A DNA stretch of 27,723 nt from Archangium sp. (GCA_031367385.1 JANLPS010000260.1:1-27723), one strand, 5' to 3'; positions 1 to 9,322 are shown, counted from the first letter of the stretch. Translations and numbers: made by a program. Notes: a model not told the origin generated them from the letters alone.

Positions 1-1390
1 CGGCCAGGTGGTGGTCGACGTCTTTCCGGCGACGGTGTTCGATAAATTGCTGCTCAGTGGCTACACCGCCGAGGTGTGGATGCAGCCCTCGGTCACGAGC
101 TCGAACGTGACCAACCACATGGCCGTCGCGTATGCGAAACCCGATACGACGGGGGGCCTGGCTTTGGTGCTCGGTGCCGGCAACATCGCCTCGATTCCTC
201 CGCTCGACGTCATCTACGAGCTGGTGGCCGAGAACCGGGTCGCGCTGTGCAAGATGAACCCGATCAACGACTACCTGGGCCCAATCTTCGAGCGCATCTT
301 CGCTCCGATGATCGAGCAGGGCTTCGTGGCCTTCGTTTACGGTGGCGCCGAGGTCGGAGCGCCGCTGGTGAACGACGCCCGGGTCAGCAAGGTGCACATC
401 ACCGGCAGCGCCAAGAGCCACGACACCATCGTCTACGGCCCCGGAGAAGCAGGTGCCGCACGCAAGGCCAAGAAAGACCCGCTGCTCACCAAGCCAATCA
501 CCAGTGAGCTGGGCGGCGTGGGCCCGGTGATCATCGTGCCCGGCCCGTGGACCGACGCGGACCTGCAGTTTCAAGCGGAGCACGTGGTCACGCAAAAACT
601 GCACAACAACGGCTTCAACTGCATCGCGGCCCAGGTGATCGTGCTGCATCAGGAGTGGGAGCTGCGGGAGAAGTTCTTGAGCCGGGTCGAGGCGACGATG
701 CGCACCATCGCTCCGCGGCCTGCGTACTACCCGGGGGCCAAAGATCGGCAGACCGAGGCGGCGGCGGCCCACAAGACCGTCGAGCTCATTGGCAGTGGCG
801 AAGTGCCGATGACCCGCATTCAAAACGTCGACTCGCGCTCGAACGACTCGGCGTTTCAAACCGAGTACTTCGGCTCGACCTGGGCCGAGACGACCATCTC
901 AGCGAGTGATGCCGCTGCATTCTTGAAGGCCGCCGTCACCTTCGCGAACGAGAAATTGATGGGCACGTTGGGCGCTCAGATCTTGATTCACCCGATCACC
1001 GCGCATGAGCTGGGGCCCAAGCTCGAAGAGGCGATCGCCGAGCTCAAGTACGGCACCATCGGCATCAACGCCTGGAGCGGCGTCGGGTTTCTGCTCTCGA
1101 ACGCGGCCTGGGGCGCGTACCCCGGCCACCCGCTCGAAGACATTCAGAGCGGCCGCGGCGTGGTGCACAACGCGTTCTTGCTCGATCAGACCCAGAAAAC
1201 GGTGGTCCGTGCCCCGTTCGCGCCCTTCCCCCGGTCGGTCACGCTGGGAGAGCTGCACATGTCGCCCAAGCCGCCCTGGTTCGTGACCAACAAGAACGCG
1301 GCGACGTTAGGCAGGCTGTTGTCGCAGTTCGAGGCGGCTCCAAGCTTTCTGAAGCTGCCAGCGATCTTCGCCGCGGCCCTCACCGGCTAG
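1..1390 (+). CDS. Aldehyde dehydrogenase family protein (probably 5'-truncated by the window edge)
   Basis: ALDH motifs GAGN (usual PWN position), HITGS, SELGG (catalytic Glu) and NNGFNC (catalytic Cys), plus a TEYFG-like motif. The frame is open from the window start. Confidence 0.9.
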   Translation, partial: GQVVVDVFPATVFDKLLLSGYTAEVWMQPSVTSSNVTNHMAVAYAKPDTTGGLALVLGAGNIASIPPLDVIYELVAENRVALCKMNPINDYLGPIFERIFAPMIEQGFVAFVYGGAEVGAPLVNDARVSKVHITGSAKSHDTIVYGPGEAGAARKAKKDPLLTKPITSELGGVGPVIIVPGPWTDADLQFQAEHVVTQKLHNNGFNCIAAQVIVLHQEWELREKFLSRVEATMRTIAPRPAYYPGAKDRQTEAAAAHKTVELIGSGEVPMTRIQNVDSRSNDSAFQTEYFGSTWAETTISASDAAAFLKAAVTFANEKLMGTLGAQILIHPITAHELGPKLEEAIAELKYGTIGINAWSGVGFLLSNAAWGAYPGHPLEDIQSGRGVVHNAFLLDQTQKTVVRAPFAPFPRSVTLGELHMSPKPPWFVTNKNAATLGRLLSQFEAAPSFLKLPAIFAAALTG

Positions 1391-2243
1391 CGGTGAACTG
1401 CCGAATCAGCGCAGCGAGCTCGAGCGGCTGCTCCGCCGGTATGAAGTGCCCGGCATCGGGGATGATCGCGCCCTCGACGTGTTCGAGGCCCGCGGCTGTG
1501 AGCCCCTTGAGGTAGACGTCGAGCTCGACCGGCTCGCGTTCACCCCGCACATAGAGCACCGGCGTGCGAACGGGCACGCTTTGCGCCGCGCGGTTGTCTT
1601 TCGCGTCTTGCTCGAGGGCCCGGTACCACTCGAACCCGGCGTGCAGCGCCGAAGGCCGTGCGTACGCCTTGACGAACTGGTGCCGAAGCTTGTCGCTCAC
1701 ACCTGCGGGCCCACCGAGCGTGTCGTAGAAATACGCGAAGTACTCAGCCGCCTGCGGGCTGACGAGCTTCTCAGGCAGCTCTGGCACTGCGTGAAACCCG
1801 AAGTGCCAGATGTGGGGGTTCGAGACCACTGCGTCCCACGGGGCAACGCCGGGGATCACGGCGTTCATGATGGCAGCTTTCGAAAGCAAACCCGAGTACG
1901 CGCGCAGGGTGGCGTAGGCTATCTGGGCTCCGACGTCGTGGCCGACCAGGGTCACGTTCTGCAAACCCAGTGCGTCGATGGCGCCTTTGACGTACCGGGC
2001 GAGCGTCAGCTTGTCGTACGCCGCGACCTTGCCTTCTGACCAACCGACGCCTGGCAGATCGATGGCCACGACGTGCATCGAATCGGCCAGCTGCAACATG
2101 GTCTGCTCATACGCGGCCCAGCTCTCGGGCCAGCCGTGCAGAAACAAGACCGAGCCCCTTGACCGCAACGGGTCTCCGCCTTCGACGACGTGAAGCGAGA
2201 CGTTTTCGACCCCCACCTGGCGATGCCGCAATTCGCGAAACAT
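1380..2243 (-). CDS. Alpha/beta fold hydrolase, epoxide hydrolase-like
   Basis: HGWPES oxyanion motif, DLPGxG, GHDVG nucleophile Asp and C-terminal AGHF catalytic His. GGAG-type RBS upstream of the ATG. Confidence 0.9.
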   Translation of the reverse strand: MFRELRHRQVGVENVSLHVVEGGDPLRSRGSVLFLHGWPESWAAYEQTMLQLADSMHVVAIDLPGVGWSEGKVAAYDKLTLARYVKGAIDALGLQNVTLVGHDVGAQIAYATLRAYSGLLSKAAIMNAVIPGVAPWDAVVSNPHIWHFGFHAVPELPEKLVSPQAAEYFAYFYDTLGGPAGVSDKLRHQFVKAYARPSALHAGFEWYRALEQDAKDNRAAQSVPVRTPVLYVRGEREPVELDVYLKGLTAAGLEHVEGAIIPDAGHFIPAEQPLELAALIRQFTASR

Positions 2244-2474
2244 GCGCTACTCCTTCCGCAGCCAACCCCTCGCCCCGAACCCCATTCCGAAGCAGTAACG
2301 TGCGCCGACCCCGAAACGGTTTTAACAAATCGTCTCTGGTGGGTCGTTCTGTTTGTGCTCGGTCTGCCGACACGCACCTACCGACAAAAACGAAGTGGCA
2401 AAGCGCTGAAACTCCGATAGGCCTCGCGTCATTGCTGTCGGGCCCCCTTTCTCAACCGTGAAGGTCAATTTCGA

Positions 2475-4049
2475 ATGAAACAGTTTCTCTTTGTTCTCTG
2501 TGTCGTCTCGATGTTCGGTTCGCTTGCCTGCAACAAGTCGGCTGATGGTGCCGCTGCCAGCGCGACCACGGCTGCGGTGGCGAAGAGCGCCAACGCAGTG
2601 AAGGTCGAGTTCTTCGTGATGTCGCAGTGCCCGTACGGGGTGCAGGTCGAAAACGGAGTGCAAGACGCTGTCGCCGCCCTCGGCCCCGACGTCGACTTTC
2701 ACTTCGATTTCATTGGTCAAAAGGGCGCCAACGGCGAATTGACCTCGATGCACGGCCCCAATGAGGTCACCGGCGACATCGTTCAGCTCTGCGCGGCCAA
2801 GCAGGCCCCCGGCGCGGTCGTGAAGCTGATCGGCTGCCAGAACAAGAAGAATGCCGAAGTCGCCACCAACTGGGAGGCCTGCGCGAAGGAGGTCGGCATC
2901 CCCGTCGAGCCGTTGCGTGCGTGCCTGACTGGTGAAGAAGGCAAGACCTTGTTGACCCAGTCGTTCGACCGCGCCTCGGCCCGTGGAGCGCGAGGCAGCC
3001 CGACGATGTTCATCGCCGACAAGCCGTACAACGGCCGCCGGGGCCCCAAAGACTTCATGCGCGCCATCTGCGGCGAGTTCAAAGGCGCGGTGCCCGCGGC
3101 CTGCGCGGCGTTGCCCGAGCAGCCGAAAGTCAACGTCACCGTGATCAGCGACAAGCGCTGCGCCGATTGCCAACCCGACCGCGTCGTCGGCATGGTCAAG
3201 AACCAGGTCGGCAACCCGATCGTCTCGCAGCTCGACTACGCCGATGCCGAGGGCCGCAAGCTGTACGACTCGGTGTCTCCGAATGGCGACGCGATGTTGC
3301 CGTTGGTGCTGTTCGACGACACGATCAAGGCCGACACCGACGCGCAAGCCGCGCTGGGCCGCTACCTGAAGCCGATGGGCACGATGCAGATGCTCGCGAC
3401 CGGGGCGTCGTACCAGCCTACGTGCGCCAATGAGGGCGGCTGCGGGCTGCCGCAATGCAAGAACACCCTCGCCTGCCGCAAAGACGAGCCCAAGAAGCTC
3501 GACGTGTTCGTGATGTCGCAGTGCCCGTACGGCGTTCAGGCGCTCAACGCGATGCAAGAGGTGCTGACCAACTTCGACGACATCGATTTCAACGTGAACT
3601 ACATCGGCTCGGGCGACGCGAAGTCGGGCTTTCAGTCGATGCACGGCCCGGGCGAGGTCGCTGAAGACCTCCGAGAGCTCTGCGCGATCAAGAAGTACCC
3701 GAAAAAGGCCAAGTTCATGGAGTACGTGCTCTGCCGCAACAAAGAGATTCGCTCCAATGACTGGGAGAAGTGCGCGGTCAACGGCATCGACGCCAAGGTC
3801 ATCAAGGCTTGCAGCGAAGGTGAAGAGGGCAAGAAGTACCTCGAAGAAAATATGAAGGTCGCCAACAGCATGGCCATCGGCTCGAGCCCGACCTGGCTTG
3901 CGAACAGCAAGTACAAGTTCTCAGGCATCGACGCGCAGACGATCAAGACCAACCTGTGTGCGCACAACCCGACCTTGAAGGGCTGCGACAAGACCCTCTC
4001 GGCCAACACCCAGGGCGTGCCCGCGGGCGGTTGCGGCCCGACGAAGTAA
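2475..4049 (+). CDS. Cys-rich lipoprotein with two GILT/thioredoxin-like domains
   Basis: Signal peptide ending in lipobox SLAC. Internal duplication FVMSQCPYGVQ...SMHGPxEV...LCA...GSPT/SSPT occurs twice, with a central CADC motif. Confidence 0.75.
   Translation: MKQFLFVLCVVSMFGSLACNKSADGAAASATTAAVAKSANAVKVEFFVMSQCPYGVQVENGVQDAVAALGPDVDFHFDFIGQKGANGELTSMHGPNEVTGDIVQLCAAKQAPGAVVKLIGCQNKKNAEVATNWEACAKEVGIPVEPLRACLTGEEGKTLLTQSFDRASARGARGSPTMFIADKPYNGRRGPKDFMRAICGEFKGAVPAACAALPEQPKVNVTVISDKRCADCQPDRVVGMVKNQVGNPIVSQLDYADAEGRKLYDSVSPNGDAMLPLVLFDDTIKADTDAQAALGRYLKPMGTMQMLATGASYQPTCANEGGCGLPQCKNTLACRKDEPKKLDVFVMSQCPYGVQALNAMQEVLTNFDDIDFNVNYIGSGDAKSGFQSMHGPGEVAEDLRELCAIKKYPKKAKFMEYVLCRNKEIRSNDWEKCAVNGIDAKVIKACSEGEEGKKYLEENMKVANSMAIGSSPTWLANSKYKFSGIDAQTIKTNLCAHNPTLKGCDKTLSANTQGVPAGGCGPTK
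2613..3532 (+). repeat. 26-nt exact direct repeat (2613-2638 and 3507-3532) marking the intragenic domain duplication
   Basis: ttcgtgatgtcgcagtgcccgtacgg is present at both positions and encodes FVMSQCPYG. Confidence 0.9.
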
Positions 4050-4055
4050 GAGGTT

Positions 4056-4949
4056 TTAGAGCGACGTGACCCACCGGGCGACGATTCGCCCGGCCTCGGC
4101 CAGCACCGCCTGGTCTTCATCGCGCATGTCGTCGGTGGGGGCCGCGGTCTCGAAAAACGCGGCGATGACGAGCAGTTGGCGCCCCGGGGGCCAGCCGAAG
4201 GCCAGGTCATTGTATTTGTCGTGCAGCGGCACTCCGGCGGTGCCGGTCTTGTCTCCGGCGCGCCAGTCGGCCGGCAATGAGGCGCGCAGCCGCTTCTTGC
4301 CGGTCTCGGTGGCTCTGCCCCAGTCGATCAGCAGGGCTCGAGAGGCGGGGCTGAGCACGGTCGGACCGAAGATGGCGGCCACCGACCGAGCCATCGCCGC
4401 GGGCGTGGTGGTGTCGCGCAGCTCACCGGGTGACCAGAGGTTGAGCTCGGGCTCGTAGCGGTCGACGCGGCTGGTCTCATCACCAACCGAGCGAAAAAAC
4501 TGGGTCAAGGCTTGCGGCCCGCCCAGCTGCCGCAGCAACAGGTTCGCGGCGGTGTTGTCACTCTGCGTCTGCGCCGCCTCGGCCATCGCCGAGATGGTCA
4601 TCGAGCCCTGCTCGAGGTTCTTTTCAGCCGCGGGAGCGTGCGCAACGAGGTCGGCCTTTGTGTAGGCGATGGCTTGAGTGAGCGAGAGGGCTCCCCGGTC
4701 GACTTGCTGCAGCACTGCCGCGGCCAAGGGCAGCTTGAAGGTCGAGCACATCGTGAATCGCTCGCCCATGCGATGACCGAGCAGTCGATTCGAGGCCAGA
4801 TCAAAGGCGGCCACGCCGAGCCGGCCGCCTGACGAGGCTTCAAGTTTGGCCAGGTCGCCCTGGAGGGCACCGGTTCGAGCGATGTGGGTGCAGCGGGTGA
4901 GCACGAGCGCGCTCGCGCCAGCCAAGACTGCTCGTCGAGAGGGGTTCAT
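4056..4949 (-). CDS. bla: Class A serine beta-lactamase with a Tat-type signal peptide
   Basis: STFK (SxxK), SDN, DRYEPELN (Glu166 omega loop), RDTTTP and GDKTG motifs. Start re-assigned to MNPSRRAVLAG (twin-arginine); the ORF-track extension to 5363 overlaps the neighbouring kinase. Confidence 0.93.
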   Translation of the reverse strand: MNPSRRAVLAGASALVLTRCTHIARTGALQGDLAKLEASSGGRLGVAAFDLASNRLLGHRMGERFTMCSTFKLPLAAAVLQQVDRGALSLTQAIAYTKADLVAHAPAAEKNLEQGSMTISAMAEAAQTQSDNTAANLLLRQLGGPQALTQFFRSVGDETSRVDRYEPELNLWSPGELRDTTTPAAMARSVAAIFGPTVLSPASRALLIDWGRATETGKKRLRASLPADWRAGDKTGTAGVPLHDKYNDLAFGWPPGRQLLVIAAFFETAAPTDDMRDEDQAVLAEAGRIVARWVTSL

Positions 4950-5103
4950 CGTCACGACCATGGCCCAGGTGACGCGTGGGCCGAAAGAAATCTGCCCTGC
5001 CCCACTGCGCTGCGCCAGACGTCGCGCCGGGTGCGAGCGCCGAGATCGCCAGGCGCAGAAACACAACGTCGATGACCCGAAGCGCCGCGCGACCTGACCC
5101 TCG

Positions 5104-6822
5104 TCAGTCGTAGGTCTTGGGCCAGGTGAACAAGAACGTGGCACCCTCGCCCAACTTCGACGCGATCCAGCTCCGGCCGCCGCGGTGCTCGACGATTTTT
5201 CGAACCAGAGAAAGCCCAATGCCGGCACCCTCGACCTTGTCGCGGGCCTCGAGGGTCTGAAAAATACCCCACACGCGCTCGTGGTACTCGGGCTCGATGC
5301 CAGGGCCGTTGTCTTTGACTGAGAACTCCCACTCGGTGCCCAGATCTCGACCGCTGATCTCAACGACCGGGTCAGGCCGCCGGCTGTGCTTCATGGCGTT
5401 GCCGACCAGGTTCATGAACACCTGCTGCAACGGCGCGAACTCGGTCTTGAGCTTCGGCAGGCCCGGCGCGATGACGATGCGAGCGGCTTTGGGTGGCGAC
5501 ATCAGCTCTTGCATCTGCACCAGCAGCTCACCGACGTCGACCAGCTCGCGCTTCTCAGCGATTTGCCCCGCGCGCGAGTAGCTCAAGATGCCGTCGATCA
5601 ACCCCTGCATTCGCTGCACGCGTGACTGCAACAAGGTCATGTGCTTCTTGCCCTCGGGGCTGAGCTTGTCGCCCAGGTCTTCTTCGATGAAGTGAGAGAG
5701 CGAGACGACCGCGCGGAGCGGGGCCTTTAAGTCGTGCGATGCCGCGTAGGCGAACTGGTGCAGCTCGCTGTTCGACCGTTCAAGCGCCACGATCAGCTTT
5801 TCGCGCTCACGTTTCTCGAGCTCAGCGTGATGCAGCGCCTCTTGAGACGCTTTGTAGAGCGCCTGGTTGTCGAGCAAAAGCGCCGCGCGGTTGGCGAGCT
5901 CCTGGGCGAACAAAACGTCGGCTGGCTCGAAGACTCTACGTGAGCGAACGAGCGACACCGCACCGAGAATTCGGCCCCGCGCCTGCAAGGGCACGACGAT
6001 GTACGAGCGCATCTCGAGCGAGAGAATCAGCCTGAGGTGTTCGGCGTCCTTCGCGCTCCTGATCAGCAACTCCTCGGGGATCTCGCGCACATACTCCGTC
6101 GCGCCACTGCGCAGCACGTTCGGTACGCCCGTCGCCGAGTTCGGGTCGCTGGGGTACCGCTCTTCGATCTCCTGCGCCCACTTCACCATCTTCGGGTCGG
6201 CGTGCTCGACCGCCACCCGCTGAACGCGGCCTTGTTCGTTCAAGACGTCGACGGCGCTCCAGTCAGACAACCCAGGCACGCACAGCTTGGCCAGCCTGGC
6301 GAGCATGGTGGTCGACTCGAGGCCCTCGGAGACGAGGGTGCCGACGTCTGCCATCAGCCTCAAGCGCTCGCTGGCTTCGGTACGACCCGCTTCTGCTTCT
6401 CGCAGCCTGGTGACGTCGGCGAAGATCGACACCGCACCGAGCAGCTCGCCCGTGGGGCCCAGAATCGGTGACGCGCCACCGAGCAGCACACCATGGGTGC
6501 CGTCGAAGCGCTGAAAATGGGTCTCGGTGGCTTCGGTGACCTTGAGTTCTCTCAAGCTCTTCGCCATCGACCAATCGCCGGGCTCGTAGGGCCGACCGTC
6601 GGGGTGAAACGCGCGGTACTGCCCCCAGCCTTCGACGGTCTCAGCGATCGCTGAGCCCGCCCAGATCTTGGTCGCCGCGGCGTTCTGCAAGATCAACCGG
6701 CCATCTGGGTCGCTGACGATCACGCCATACGGGCTTTGGGTGACGATCGCCGACAACAGGCTCTCATGCCCTGCCGCCAGCAACGCTTCGATGTTCGTCT
6801 TGGGGTCGTGCACGGGTGCCAT
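5104..6822 (-). CDS. PAS-GAF sensor histidine kinase
   Basis: N-terminal PAS (SPYGVIVSDPDGRLILQN), GAF (SYIVVPLQARGRILG), HisKA ASHDLKAPLR and HATPase boxes (NLVGNA, DNGPGI, GAGIGL). Start uncertain (6822, 6840 or 6885). Confidence 0.9.
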   Translation of the reverse strand: MAPVHDPKTNIEALLAAGHESLLSAIVTQSPYGVIVSDPDGRLILQNAAATKIWAGSAIAETVEGWGQYRAFHPDGRPYEPGDWSMAKSLRELKVTEATETHFQRFDGTHGVLLGGASPILGPTGELLGAVSIFADVTRLREAEAGRTEASERLRLMADVGTLVSEGLESTTMLARLAKLCVPGLSDWSAVDVLNEQGRVQRVAVEHADPKMVKWAQEIEERYPSDPNSATGVPNVLRSGATEYVREIPEELLIRSAKDAEHLRLILSLEMRSYIVVPLQARGRILGAVSLVRSRRVFEPADVLFAQELANRAALLLDNQALYKASQEALHHAELEKREREKLIVALERSNSELHQFAYAASHDLKAPLRAVVSLSHFIEEDLGDKLSPEGKKHMTLLQSRVQRMQGLIDGILSYSRAGQIAEKRELVDVGELLVQMQELMSPPKAARIVIAPGLPKLKTEFAPLQQVFMNLVGNAMKHSRRPDPVVEISGRDLGTEWEFSVKDNGPGIEPEYHERVWGIFQTLEARDKVEGAGIGLSLVRKIVEHRGGRSWIASKLGEGATFLFTWPKTYD

Positions 6823-6987
6823 CGCGCATACATATGCCATGCAACCTCCGCCCAATCCCCTGTGAATCAGCGGTGTGCGCGGCACTCAGCGACCGCCTGT
6901 GCCGACTTGCAATTTCGCCACACGCCGCGGCTTCGCACCGCGGGGTGACCCCCGGGGGCGAGGGGCAAGCCTCTTGAATTTCGAGTG

Positions 6988-7003
6988 TGGCACCTCATTT
7001 GCT
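6988..7003 (+). promoter_or_regulatory. Sigma-54 (-24/-12) promoter
   Basis: TGGCACCTCATTTGCT has GG-N10-GC spacing and closely matches TGGCAC-N5-TTGCW. It is intergenic, about 45 nt upstream of the ATG at 7048. Confidence 0.7.
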
Positions 7004-7047
7004 GAACGGGTTGGCAACGTTTTTCAAGCGCAGAGGAGACCCAGTTC

Positions 7048-7347
7048 ATGACGCTCATCACGATCATCACCATCGGCCTCCTCGCGGCGTTGGCAGCGCG
7101 CTCCATCTTTCCTGGCAGCGACTTTTTGGGCTCGCGAGGCCTGCTGAGTCAATCGATGGTGGGCGCTTGCCTTGGTGCATGTGTCGCTGTGTTCACGCAC
7201 GGTCACGGCGCTCGGTTCGCCTTCATGCCGATTGATATCTGGTGGTCGACACTCGGCTCAACGGTCGTCATTGCGAGCGTCTCGGTCGTTCGCCGAGCGC
7301 ATTTCGCGCAGCTGCTTCATCGCGCCGGGCCGCCCGACATCGAGTAG
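7048..7347 (+). CDS. Small membrane protein, GlsB/YeaQ/YmgE (transglycosylase-associated)-like
   Basis: Three hydrophobic segments with the pattern IGLLAALAARSIFPG...VGACLG...TLGSTVV. GAGGAG RBS upstream. Confidence 0.6.
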   Translation: MTLITIITIGLLAALAARSIFPGSDFLGSRGLLSQSMVGACLGACVAVFTHGHGARFAFMPIDIWWSTLGSTVVIASVSVVRRAHFAQLLHRAGPPDIE

Positions 7348-7473
7348 TGGCCGCGAGTTTTGAAAACCTGTGACACGAGGCTGACGAAGTCAGGTTGACG
7401 CGACACGACCGCGTCGCATCCTGCTCCGGCCACCGAGATGAGCGCGATGCTCATCAGTAAGGGAGAGGGAATC

Positions 7474-9057
7474 GTGGATTCCGTTGACTACAAGCGCGCG
7501 TTCGAGTCTTCGACCAACGCGTACATGGTGTTGAATCGAAAGCTTCAATACGTCGCAGCGAACGCGGCGTATTTGAGAGCGACCGGGAGCACGCTCGAGC
7601 AGCTCCTCGGGCGCTACGTCTTTGATGCTTTTCCGAACGAGCAAGACGAAGCGGCGAAAGCCAACCAACGGCAGCTCTTGGACTCATTCACGCGCGTTCT
7701 CAAGACTGGTACCGCCGATGTGATCGCCTCGATCGTCTACACGGTCGCTGAAGAGGGTCGCGCGCCCTATGAGCGCGTCTGGAGTGCGACGCACACGCCC
7801 CTTCACGATGCGAGCGGAGCGGTTGAGTTCATCATGCAGCACACCGTTGATGTCAGTGAGAGCCCGCGCACGGTGTCGAGCGACTCTGGCGTCATTCATC
7901 AGCAGCTCCTCAACCGCGCGAAGAGCGTTCAAGAGGCCAACCGTGGCCTCGATCTCGAGCGAACGTACCTGCTGCGGCTGTTCGATCAGGCGCCGATCTT
8001 CGTGGCGTCGTTGCGCGGGGCAGATCACGTGTTCGAGCTGACCAACCCGGCCTATATGCAGCTGATCGGTCACCGCGACGTGATTGGCAAGACCGTTCGG
8101 CAGGCGTTGCCCGAGCTCGAAGGCCAGGGCTTCTTCGAGATACTCGACACCGTGTATCGCACCGGGCTGCCGTTCGTCGGCTCAGGCATGAAGGTTCAGG
8201 TGCATCGGGTGAAGAGCGGCGGGGCTGAAGAGCGGTACGTCGACCTGGTGTACCAGCCGGTCAAGAGCGCCGAGGGTGTGGTGACCGGGCTCCTCGCGAC
8301 GGGCAGCGACGTCACCGAGCTCAAGCTCGCAACCCTCGAGAGAGAGCGGCTCATCGCCGTGCTCAAAGAGAACAACGCCGAGCTCGACCGGTTCGTCTAC
8401 GTGGCCTCGCACGATCTCAAATCACCCCTGCGCGGCATCGCGACGACGGCGCTGTTCATCGCCGAAGAGATCGGTGCGACGGCCTCGCAACCCGTGAAGG
8501 AGTACCTCGGGCTGCTGCAAAGCCGGGTCGCGCGGATGGACGCGCTGATCGATGGAATTCTCAGCTACGCCCGAGCTGGCGAGCACGACGTCAGGGCGAG
8601 GGTCGAGGTCGGCAAGCTGCTGCACGAGTCCTTCGAGCTGCTCTCTCCAGCCGAGGGTGTGAAGCTGCAGGTGGGCGACGGCATGCCATCGCTGGTGACG
8701 TCACCGGTGCCGCTGCAGCAGGTGTTCATGAACCTGATCGGTAATGCGATCAAGCACGCCCGGCGCCAAGACGTCGAGGTGCGGGTCGAGGTGAAACACG
8801 AGGGCGATTGGTACATTTTCTCGGTGAGTGACAACGGCCCCGGCATCGCTCCGCAGTTTCACGAAAGGGTGTGGGAGATGTTTCAGACGCTCGGCTCTCG
8901 AGACGAGGTCGACGGGAGCGGCATCGGGCTCTCGACGGTCAAGAAGGTGGTCGAGGCTCGCGGTGGCATGGTCGCGATCGATTCAGACGTCGGTCGCGGC
9001 GCGCGGTTCATCTTTTCCTGGCCGGCACGCGAGCACTCCGCGGAGGCTAGCGTTTGA
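7474..9057 (+). CDS. PAS-PAS sensor histidine kinase
   Basis: Two PAS domains (YVAANAAY...LLGRYVFDAFP; FELTNPAY...IGKTVRQALPE), HisKA ASHDLKSPLR and HATPase boxes. GTG at 7474 follows a GGAGAGG RBS; alternative ATG at 7438. Confidence 0.9.
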   Translation: MDSVDYKRAFESSTNAYMVLNRKLQYVAANAAYLRATGSTLEQLLGRYVFDAFPNEQDEAAKANQRQLLDSFTRVLKTGTADVIASIVYTVAEEGRAPYERVWSATHTPLHDASGAVEFIMQHTVDVSESPRTVSSDSGVIHQQLLNRAKSVQEANRGLDLERTYLLRLFDQAPIFVASLRGADHVFELTNPAYMQLIGHRDVIGKTVRQALPELEGQGFFEILDTVYRTGLPFVGSGMKVQVHRVKSGGAEERYVDLVYQPVKSAEGVVTGLLATGSDVTELKLATLERERLIAVLKENNAELDRFVYVASHDLKSPLRGIATTALFIAEEIGATASQPVKEYLGLLQSRVARMDALIDGILSYARAGEHDVRARVEVGKLLHESFELLSPAEGVKLQVGDGMPSLVTSPVPLQQVFMNLIGNAIKHARRQDVEVRVEVKHEGDWYIFSVSDNGPGIAPQFHERVWEMFQTLGSRDEVDGSGIGLSTVKKVVEARGGMVAIDSDVGRGARFIFSWPAREHSAEASV

Positions 9058-9322
9058 GTGAGCCGGCGATGTCGAAGCCGTCGTCGTGCGCCTCGACTCG
9101 AGTCACCTGAAGCCGTGCGCGAAGCTTCGGAGAAGCCGGGTGCTCGAACTTGAGCTCCATGTCAGCGCCCACCACCGGTTGCATGTGCGCGTGAAAGAGG
9201 AGCCCCGCGAGCGACACATTGCGCACGTCGCCGCTGAACTCGACTCCACTCTCGAGGTCGATCACCGAGACGTTGGTGTTGCTGGCTTGCCGCTTCGTCT
9301 GGCGCTGTTCATGAGTGGGCAT
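9047..9322 (-). CDS. Stand-alone PilZ domain protein
   Basis: 91 aa with RQTKR (RxxxR) and NVSLAG (D/NxSxxG) c-di-GMP-binding motifs. Confidence 0.8.
   Translation of the reverse strand: MPTHEQRQTKRQASNTNVSVIDLESGVEFSGDVRNVSLAGLLFHAHMQPVVGADMELKFEHPASPKLRARLQVTRVEAHDDGFDIAGSLKR

Noticed and set aside
1..1390. ALDH as a P5C-metabolising member of the beta-lactam pathway
   Set aside because: It lies more than 8 kb away, is separated by unrelated genes, and shows no features specific to P5C dehydrogenase that I can recognise.
2322..3644. 440-aa minus-strand ORF
   Set aside because: Antisense shadow of the GILT-like lipoprotein gene, typical of high-GC DNA, with no recognisable motifs.
4056..5363. 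435-aa beta-lactamase, or a KPC/SME-type carbapenemase call
   Set aside because: The extension overlaps the kinase gene in another frame. Cys69 is present (MCSTFK) but there is no partner Cys after KTG, so the carbapenemase disulfide signature is absent.
6921..6947. GC-rich hairpin as a riboswitch or terminator
   Set aside because: No U-tract and no match to a riboswitch consensus I recognise. Such hairpins arise by chance at this GC content.
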